Below are positions 57,405 to 64,000 of a stretch of 64,000 nt of DNA, in pieces (the first letter of the stretch is position 1; every line of letters begins with the position of its first letter). The notes below the pieces were generated by a model. The model was not told the DNA's origin. It saw only the letters and a list, made by a program, of their open reading frames with translations, and did no database searches. The DNA is from Pseudobdellovibrionaceae bacterium (GTDB lineage: Bacteria > Pseudomonadota > Alphaproteobacteria > Micavibrionales > Micavibrionaceae): the NCBI GenBank assembly GCA_034005165.1, contig JAVEVE010000006.1:36690-100689 (forward strand). The letters are read 5' to 3'. The position numbers were made by a program, and so were the translations under genes.

Positions 57405-58394
57405 ATGACTTCTCACCACAAAATTGCATTGATCGGCGGTAGCGGTTTTATCGGGACACGCCTTATGGCAGATTTACTGGCTGATGGCCATGAGGTGCGC
57501 ATTGGCGATATAGAACCTTCTCTCGCCTATCCCGAGAATCGTGTGGATGCAGATGTTCGTGACTATGAGACTTTGCTCGCGGCTTGTATGGAATGCGATA
57601 CGATTATCAATCTGGCGGCAACCCACCGCGACAATGTGCGTCCTGTCTCATTGTATTATGATACAAATGTAACCGGCGCCCGTACGACTGTTGCCGTTGC
57701 CGAACAACTTGGCATCACCAGAATTATCTTTACCAGCTCTGTTGCCGTATATGGGCACCAGCATGGAGAGCCAGATGAAAGCTTTCCGCACCAACCGATT
57801 AATGCTTATGGTGAAACAAAATCACAAGCCGAAGATGTGTTTAACGAATGGGTTGCTAAAGACCCGGCTCTACGCACGCTAGTTGTTGTGCGCCCTGCTG
57901 TTGTCTTTGGCCCTACAAACCGAGGGAATGTGCATACGTTGATGGACCAGATTGTCCGTGGTCGTTTTATTATGGTCGGTAACGGAGAAAACAGAAAGTC
58001 CATGGCCTATGTAGGGAATGTTGCCGCATTCCTGAAATACAGCCTTGGCATGAGTACCGGACATCATGTTTTTAACTATGCCGATAAGCCGGATATGAGC
58101 ATGAACCGCTTGGTTGACCTGATTTGCGCACGGATTGGATTACCCAAAGTTACAGGTCTGCGTATGCCCAAAATTCTTGGCCTTGGTGCTGGTATGGTTT
58201 TTGATGTGATTGCCCGTGTGACAGGAAAAACTCTTCCGATTAGCCGCATTCGTGTCGAGAAATTCTGTGCAACGACAGCTTTTAAAGCCGACCGTGTTCG
58301 TGAGAGTGGTTTTGTTCCACCTTATAAACTCGAGGAAGCCTTGATCGAGACCATTGATGCCGAGTTTAAGAAGTCCGGCAACCGCGCAGCTTAG
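57405..58394 (+). CDS. NAD-dependent sugar epimerase/dehydratase (SDR extended family)
   Basis: 329 aa with IGGSGFIGTRL Rossmann motif and YGETK (YxxxK). Confidence 0.85.
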   Translation: MTSHHKIALIGGSGFIGTRLMADLLADGHEVRIGDIEPSLAYPENRVDADVRDYETLLAACMECDTIINLAATHRDNVRPVSLYYDTNVTGARTTVAVAEQLGITRIIFTSSVAVYGHQHGEPDESFPHQPINAYGETKSQAEDVFNEWVAKDPALRTLVVVRPAVVFGPTNRGNVHTLMDQIVRGRFIMVGNGENRKSMAYVGNVAAFLKYSLGMSTGHHVFNYADKPDMSMNRLVDLICARIGLPKVTGLRMPKILGLGAGMVFDVIARVTGKTLPISRIRVEKFCATTAFKADRVRESGFVPPYKLEEALIETIDAEFKKSGNRAA

Positions 58395-59481
58395 CAAGAA
58401 GCAATATAAATTTCTCGTGATGGATTGTCATAGCAGCATGTAACAGCCAAAGAACAATCCATGACCATCCCAAAATACCTTGCGGGATGCCGACCATCGT
58501 CCCTACAAATCCTGTTGCTCCCAGAATAAATGACCAAGCAAGAATGGTGTAGACAGCAGGACCAACAGAAAACCCTGCATTGATAAAATGATGATGGAAG
58601 TGACGACGATCTGGTGCGAAAGGCGGTTTTTTATCTTTTAATCTGGCAACTAATAATCCAAAAGCATCAATAATAGGTAACGCAATGATCCATGCCACAG
58701 AGACAGGCTCGATCAAGGCATTGTGGTTCTGTGACAGGGTGATGGCATACCATGCAATCATAATTCCTAGCCCCATACTTCCAGCATCTCCGAGAAATAT
58801 TTTGGCGTGTTTATTCCATGGGAGACGTGCGTTAAAGATCAAAAACCCGATCAGGCACGCACAAAAAATTATGATTTCCATCAGGGGCTTGGACATGTCT
58901 CCTAAAAAAGCAGCTAAGCCAAACCAGATAAAAATAATAAGGGTATTTCCTGCTGCTAGCCCGTCTAATCCATCCATCATGTTGACGGCGTTGATAATGT
59001 ACACTACGCAGGCAATCGAAAACGGAATTGCCATCCATCCCAATCCCATACCTCCCATTCCCAAGAGATCTCCCAGCGTATGGATTTGCGCCTCTCCACC
59101 AATGACTAATATTCCAGCAACCAGGAAATGGACTGCAAATTTTATGCGGGCATCAACCTCACGAATATCGTCAATCACACCAACAATAAGCGTAATTGCA
59201 AGGGCTGTCAGAAGCGCGGACGGGAATGAAATTCCGTAAAGGCTGCCTACGGCGGCAAAACATGTAAGAAGAACAGTAAAAATGGCAAGCCCACCGACCG
59301 GAGGGACAGGTTCGTCATGTTTCTTTCGTCCACCGGGGATATCAACAACGCCCCATTTTAAAGCCAATTTTCTGGCGAGAAGTACGGCAAGAACCGTCAG
59401 ACCAAGCGAGAAACCAAATACGCATACAAGCGTGAAAAACGTCTCGATATTCGAGAAATCGGTTGCTATAGATTGTGTCAT
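58366..59481 (-). CDS. Polyprenyl-phosphate N-acetylhexosamine-1-phosphate transferase (WecA/WbpL/MraY family)
   Basis: 371 aa, polytopic, with VGVIDD, NAVNMMDGLDGLA and FLGDAGSMGLG motifs. Confidence 0.85.
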   Translation of the reverse strand: MTQSIATDFSNIETFFTLVCVFGFSLGLTVLAVLLARKLALKWGVVDIPGGRKKHDEPVPPVGGLAIFTVLLTCFAAVGSLYGISFPSALLTALAITLIVGVIDDIREVDARIKFAVHFLVAGILVIGGEAQIHTLGDLLGMGGMGLGWMAIPFSIACVVYIINAVNMMDGLDGLAAGNTLIIFIWFGLAAFLGDMSKPLMEIIIFCACLIGFLIFNARLPWNKHAKIFLGDAGSMGLGIMIAWYAITLSQNHNALIEPVSVAWIIALPIIDAFGLLVARLKDKKPPFAPDRRHFHHHFINAGFSVGPAVYTILAWSFILGATGFVGTMVGIPQGILGWSWIVLWLLHAAMTIHHEKFILLLAKLRGCRTS

Positions 59482-59499
59482 AAAGCGCGTATCTTGTGA

Positions 59500-60543
59500 T
59501 TATTTCTTACCGCGGACACGCAAACGTCCGTCTTTCTCGATACCCGGCAAAACTTCTGCCTGGATACTCAACACTTTCGTTCCTTTTTGACCACTTCCTC
59601 CACCGAGATCAGCTGCATAAGCAGGAGGAACAAGGGCTTCCCATTCTATTTTTCCTTTTGCGACTTCAAAGCGAACCAGTGTCCCGTCAATCTTTGTCAG
59701 GTCATCTAAAAGCTGCTGGACACGAAACGTATATTTCATGACCTCGTTGTTGGATAACTCGTAGGCATCTGTAAGCAGCTTTGTGCTTGCAGCATCGGTT
59801 TGTTGCTTCACCTGATCGAGATTTCTGTTCAAGAAATTGATCATAATATATTGCGCCGCAATAAAGGCCATCAGCACTACACTGACGCAAACACCTGCAA
59901 TCAACAAAATTCTTGCCGTAGCACGGGAGAGTTGTTCTGTTCTTAATTGGCGGTTGCGCCACGGGATAATATCTGCGAGCTGGTCGTTAATTGTAATGAA
60001 GTTTGCATCCATGCTCTGGATACGCGGCAGAATGGTTCGAGCTGCTCCCAAAAAGATTTGCATACGACCGGTTTCCTGATCCCAGCGCAAAGCACCGGCA
60101 GCTCCGTCCTTTTCGTATATGTAGACTGTATCTTTATCCCAGAAGTCGCTGTTCCCCGGAAGAGCTGCCGCCAAAGGGCACCAGCTGTCAGGGTGTGAAA
60201 CCATAACTGTCGATGGGCACGCCAGATACCAAACACGATCCCCTTCGATAGAATAGACATAGTGAACTTTTTCTGTCGCACAGGCTTGAGATGCAGCATT
60301 CCAAACTGCTTCATCTTCCATCCCCGGGACACACGGGATTGATCCCCCAACCAATTCGGACGGCAAGTACGGATTCAGGTCACGGATAAAATATTTTGCC
60401 TCGCCAGCAAGCTTCGTTCCTACTGTTGGCTGTGGTTTTTGCTGAATGCGCTCTTCACCCGAGACATTCGCATTTTCGCTGCCGGATACAAAGACTGGAG
60501 GATTCTCATTCTTATCTTTTTTAGGGCCTAATCCAAATGCCAT
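59500..60543 (-). CDS. Bitopic membrane protein, possible GspL/PilM-PilN-like assembly component of the adjacent type IV filament-like module
   Basis: 347 aa. ~205-aa cytoplasmic N-domain, one TM (ILLIAGVCVSVVLMAFIAAQYIMI), then a coiled-coil plus a small C-terminal domain. 1-nt overlap with the platform gene stop. The topological analogy is the only evidence. Confidence 0.4.
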   Translation of the reverse strand: MAFGLGPKKDKNENPPVFVSGSENANVSGEERIQQKPQPTVGTKLAGEAKYFIRDLNPYLPSELVGGSIPCVPGMEDEAVWNAASQACATEKVHYVYSIEGDRVWYLACPSTVMVSHPDSWCPLAAALPGNSDFWDKDTVYIYEKDGAAGALRWDQETGRMQIFLGAARTILPRIQSMDANFITINDQLADIIPWRNRQLRTEQLSRATARILLIAGVCVSVVLMAFIAAQYIMINFLNRNLDQVKQQTDAASTKLLTDAYELSNNEVMKYTFRVQQLLDDLTKIDGTLVRFEVAKGKIEWEALVPPAYAADLGGGSGQKGTKVLSIQAEVLPGIEKDGRLRVRGKK

Positions 60544-61763
60544 TACATTTTTCCTTCCATTAAACCACCCATCATACTGTCCATGCTCATATTCATAACA
60601 GTCAGGGCGTAGATCGCGCTTCCGAAACCAATCGCCAAATAGACACCTGTAAATAAAAAGGCCAGCCAGACAATTAGTTTATGCTTCAAACGAGCTGCCT
60701 GAGCGCGAAGCTCAGCAATTGATTCCATGATTGTAGCAACCTGAGATAAATCAGACAAGGTGGCCAGTTCCAGCCTTTCCGAACGGCTTAAAGGCTCTCT
60801 GTCGAGAGCAGTTCCCAATCCTACCCCACGCGAGAGCTGTTCGTTTGCAGCGTCCCAATATGCCGCAACTTCCGGAGAGTTAGATGCCTCGGACGATTGC
60901 TGGAGTGTATCGTTAATAGGCACGTTGGAGCGCAGCATTCTGGACGCTGCTGACATCGAGTCAGCAAAACTCAGATCCCTCATATAGCCGCCAATCAAAG
61001 GGATTTTTCTGACAATACGTTGTGTCGGCCAATCCCGTTTTCCGCGGTTGATAAAGAAAGAGAAAACGCACCAGCCCATAAACCCTGCAAATCCGAATGC
61101 TATCCAGATGAGAATATCCCATGTAAGTTCAAGGTTATGAGTTACGCGCACATATTTTTCCAGATCAGGTCCTTCTTTCGGGGCGTTGTCCTTAAACCAG
61201 TTCAGAACCGTTCCTTTTCCCCAAAACAGGGATTGCACAATTGTGACCACATCAAAGGCCAACCAGCCCATCGTGCCCATAATCGCACCCTTATTCTTAC
61301 GCTTCTGGGTAATCGCGTTAATGGCATAGGGAATACCTTCGGTCAGTTTCCCTGCACGCTCGCTGGCGGCAATAATAGCCAAGGTTGAACGATCAAAAAT
61401 CTGAAGTGCTTTCAAAGCATCCATCAAACCCAAACCTCTAGCCAAGGCCTCTCTGGCAGGTGCCAGAATATTCTGGCGGGTTGGGTTGGTTTCGGCTTCA
61501 ATAATTTTCCACAAAGCTACACCAGGCGATGTCGACGTTGCACGGAACATAATCCCGCGAAGCAACTGAACTTGCCACCAGCTGGAACGGGCCAGCAATC
61601 TCTCAAGAGGGGTACGGGAGTGCGCACGAATGGTTAGAACGTGACCGCCTTTTTTCCTGACAGCATCCCGAACATCACTTTCAGTCGGAAGATACATGGT
61701 CTCGGTCGCAGTCCGCGGACCTGAACGACTTTCATATGCGATCTGGACAATCCATTGTTGCAT
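60543..61763 (-). CDS. GspF/PilC-family inner-membrane platform protein
   Basis: 406 aa. N-terminal small domain pattern (..Y.....G......ESDVRDAVRKKGGHVLTI), two T2SSF-like repeats (ALARGLGLMDALK; QLSRGVGLGTALD) and three TM segments. Confidence 0.75.
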   Translation of the reverse strand: MQQWIVQIAYESRSGPRTATETMYLPTESDVRDAVRKKGGHVLTIRAHSRTPLERLLARSSWWQVQLLRGIMFRATSTSPGVALWKIIEAETNPTRQNILAPAREALARGLGLMDALKALQIFDRSTLAIIAASERAGKLTEGIPYAINAITQKRKNKGAIMGTMGWLAFDVVTIVQSLFWGKGTVLNWFKDNAPKEGPDLEKYVRVTHNLELTWDILIWIAFGFAGFMGWCVFSFFINRGKRDWPTQRIVRKIPLIGGYMRDLSFADSMSAASRMLRSNVPINDTLQQSSEASNSPEVAAYWDAANEQLSRGVGLGTALDREPLSRSERLELATLSDLSQVATIMESIAELRAQAARLKHKLIVWLAFLFTGVYLAIGFGSAIYALTVMNMSMDSMMGGLMEGKM

Positions 61764-61769
61764 CTATTT

Positions 61770-63599
61770 TTACGACTCCAGATAATTGAGCGCAGATTTC
61801 GGGTCAACAAACCCACTAATAACCAAATCAATCAGTCCGTTTTTCCGTGTATGAACGATAACACCTTCTTCGTGAACGATGTCGTTTACGTTTTGCATCA
61901 AAGCACGATACACTCTGTCACGGTCTGCCGGTCCCAAGGTAATCAGCAACGCATCCAGCAACAATGTCCGTCCAGAAATACCTGTCCGGTTACACAGATC
62001 GCACCCGCTCATGTTCCGGCGACGAACAATGGCAGCCGGTTCGATTCCGAGCATATATATCTCGTCTTGGTCAAGATAATCTCCTGCGCGCCCCTGATTT
62101 GCACAACCCTGGCACAACGTCTTTACCAAGCGCTGGTTAATAATTGCGCGAACCTGTTGCGCCAAGGTAAATGTCGACGCGCGTTCACGCTCTGATGGCA
62201 TAAGAGATTTTAAACGCTCGAAGGTCTGGAGAGCTGTGTCCGCGTGAACCGTTGATATCACTGTGTGACCCGATTCAGCAGCTTTCAAAGCTGTTTCCAC
62301 AGTATCACTATCACGCAATTCCCCGATAACAATATAATCCGGATCGTGACGCATTGCTGCGCGGATCAAATCGGAGAATTCTCCGCCGGGCATTCCGGGA
62401 CGAACCTGCCATTGCGTTGCGTATCTCAATTCATATTCGATCGGATCTTCAATAGTCAGAACATGTTTTCTGCGGCGGTCGATATACTGGATACAGGCAT
62501 AAAGTGTTGTTGTTTTACCGGAACCTGTCGGCCCGGAGAGCATCACCAGACCTCCCCCCCCTTTAATTTCAGGAGATAGAGACTGGGCCAGATAATTTCC
62601 GACATCTTCGTGACGTTTAAAAAGCTCATCGAAGCCTTTCAAGGACGCACGGTCCAACAAACGCAAGGTCAGCTTTTCACCATCCTGCGCCTGAGGTCCT
62701 GCGGCGACACGAACATCGATTACACGACCTTGCCATGTAAAACTGAAGCGTCCGTCTTTCGGCGCTATCCTGTCGCCGAAGTTCATCCCGGCATCCCGCT
62801 TAATCAGCGTAGTGAGACGGGCCATGGCGTCAGAAGGCATGATGTGAATTGGAACCAAGTCACCGTCAATACGGTATCTGATCCAGTTCGGGTTGGTTAT
62901 GTTGTTGTCTTGCAGAATGTGAATATCGGATACACGCATCTGCAAAGCTTCTGCGAGCATGTCACGCATAAACTGGTTTAACAACAAACCGTTATCGGTG
63001 TCGTTTAACCATGAAGCCAATGTCTTTTCGCATCGGTCAGCCGACAAATCATGAACTGCACGCATTGTCTGTAATAACTCTGCGCGATCCCACACTTCCG
63101 CTTCGATACGTTCAACCATCAGACCAGAACGATTAGCTGTGGAGATAAGGGCATCAGTCTGCCGCGTGTTCAGTTCGTTCAACGGCGCAATTTTCAATAC
63201 GCCATCGTGGAGACCAATCAAGTGAATACTAAGCGGCAACCATGACTGAACCGGTAAGATGGAGCGCAATTGGTCACCATTAGCATGGTCTCGAATTCCA
63301 ACCACTTCAGTTTCATCATCAGAAGAAACTGGCGTTCCGGCCATATCCATCAGCTGATCAATAGAACGCGAAATTCCTTGCTCCATAAGGATAACACGTT
63401 CACGCTGGACCATGTCCAGATAGCGTTCACGACCTTCCTTGGCTTTAGCTTTACGGCGATCACTGTACTGGCGGCGCTCGACACCGTCCGGAGGAACATG
63501 TTTGTCTTGACGACGATCTGCACCAGAGCGAATTTCTTCGCTTTCCGGTATCACCGCATCATCACGTTTAAACTCTTCTTTTCCGGATTCGTTATCCAT
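61770..63599 (-). CDS. GspE/PilB-family type II secretion / type IV pilus assembly ATPase with a charged N-terminal extension
   Basis: 609 aa. Walker A LSGPTGSGKTTT, VLTIEDPIEYEL, Walker B/Asp box HDPDYIVIGELRD, His box GHTVISTVHA, and tetracysteine CQGC...CDLC. A T2SSE_N-like segment is preceded by ~90 Arg/Asp/Glu-rich residues. Confidence 0.88.
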   Translation of the reverse strand: MDNESGKEEFKRDDAVIPESEEIRSGADRRQDKHVPPDGVERRQYSDRRKAKAKEGRERYLDMVQRERVILMEQGISRSIDQLMDMAGTPVSSDDETEVVGIRDHANGDQLRSILPVQSWLPLSIHLIGLHDGVLKIAPLNELNTRQTDALISTANRSGLMVERIEAEVWDRAELLQTMRAVHDLSADRCEKTLASWLNDTDNGLLLNQFMRDMLAEALQMRVSDIHILQDNNITNPNWIRYRIDGDLVPIHIMPSDAMARLTTLIKRDAGMNFGDRIAPKDGRFSFTWQGRVIDVRVAAGPQAQDGEKLTLRLLDRASLKGFDELFKRHEDVGNYLAQSLSPEIKGGGGLVMLSGPTGSGKTTTLYACIQYIDRRRKHVLTIEDPIEYELRYATQWQVRPGMPGGEFSDLIRAAMRHDPDYIVIGELRDSDTVETALKAAESGHTVISTVHADTALQTFERLKSLMPSERERASTFTLAQQVRAIINQRLVKTLCQGCANQGRAGDYLDQDEIYMLGIEPAAIVRRRNMSGCDLCNRTGISGRTLLLDALLITLGPADRDRVYRALMQNVNDIVHEEGVIVHTRKNGLIDLVISGFVDPKSALNYLES

Positions 63600-63610
63600 T
63601 CACAATACCA

Positions 63611-64000
63611 TTAGTTAGTAGTTGTCGCTGTTGAAGTTGATCCGGTTGTCGAAGAGCTTGACGAAGAAGAGCTGCTCGAAGAGCCGGAGGAACTGCTGGA
63701 TGTTCTGCTTGAGGAGGACAGAGAGCGGTCGAAGAGCAAACGGACACGATCGTTTCCGCTTAGGAATTCAATACCATTTTCAACAATATCTACATTCCAT
63801 TCAACTCCGCCCAGTACGATACTTTGCTTATTGGAGATAACACGACTTCCCCCCGGTCCATTGATAATGGCTTTTTGCGGAGAATGCGAAGTAATCACGA
63901 AACCTTCGAGAGCTTGACGCTTATCAGCAGGTTTGACTTCAACAGGTGCACCAGCCTGAGATACAACAACGGCTTTTGTATCGCGGTTGATTGCACTTTT
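63611..64000 (-). CDS. Partial ORF (3' end) of unknown protein ending in a poly-Ser/Thr tail
   Basis: The ORF track starts it at GTG 63898, but the frame stays open to the window edge (upstream reads KSAINRDTKAVVVSQAGAPVEVKPADKRQALEGF). The C-terminus is SLSSSSRTSSSSSGSSSSSSSSSSSTTGSTSTATTTN. Stop lies 11 nt before the ATPase ATG. Confidence 0.6.
   Translation of the reverse strand, partial: KSAINRDTKAVVVSQAGAPVEVKPADKRQALEGFVITSHSPQKAIINGPGGSRVISNKQSIVLGGVEWNVDIVENGIEFLSGNDRVRLLFDRSLSSSSRTSSSSSGSSSSSSSSSSSTTGSTSTATTTN

Noticed and set aside
63611-63898. Treating 63611..63898 as a complete 95-aa gene
   Set aside because: Its start is a GTG inside a frame that remains open to the window edge (34 further sense codons), so it is more likely the 3' end of a larger gene.

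Overview
Densely coding 64-kb chromosomal window, most likely from a moderately AT-rich alphaproteobacterium. Supporting signs are two DUF1476/ATPase zeta-subunit genes, purL..bolA-grxD synteny, an alphaproteobacterial-type FtsL and a CtrA-type box. All calls come from reading the ORF translations and raw sequence and recalling family motifs; no searches were run. I count about 65 CDS plus one RNase P RNA. I saw no tRNA, rRNA, CRISPR array, transposase or integrase. The housekeeping backbone, in order: dcw cluster (murF partial, murE, ftsI, ftsL, rsmH, mraZ) with an MraZ-box-like repeat array; rnpB; an AmpD-like amidase; a GGDEF cyclase; a purC-purS-gcvT-gcvH-gcvPA-X-Y-gcvPB string; two tandem zeta-subunit paralogs; purQ-DUF1653-purL; bolA-grxD; a split mreCD / mrdA-rodA cluster; purA-glmM; ftsH-tilS-cpoB-pal; rsmI-yraN-BON with a divergent LpoA-like gene; TetR plus a ThiE-like gene; ahpCD with divergent oxyR; a NodT-type outer membrane factor; trhO; and a small glycan gene set. 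Two regions look like candidate undescribed systems. (1) 29.7-34.8 kb is a minus-strand cluster encoding a tail-anchored protein-kinase-like protein with all catalytic residues replaced, a small polytopic membrane protein, and three Tad-type pseudopilins (TadE, TadE, TadG-vWA), with no other Tad machinery in the window. (2) 59.5-64.0 kb is a GspE/PilB-like ATPase with an unusual Arg-rich N-terminal extension, a GspF/PilC-like platform protein, a bitopic GspL/PilMN-like protein and a partial upstream ORF ending in a poly-Ser/Thr tail. No pilin, secretin or prepilin peptidase is visible, and the module runs straight into glycan-initiation genes. Smaller oddities include two translationally coupled foreign genes inside the split glycine dehydrogenase pair.
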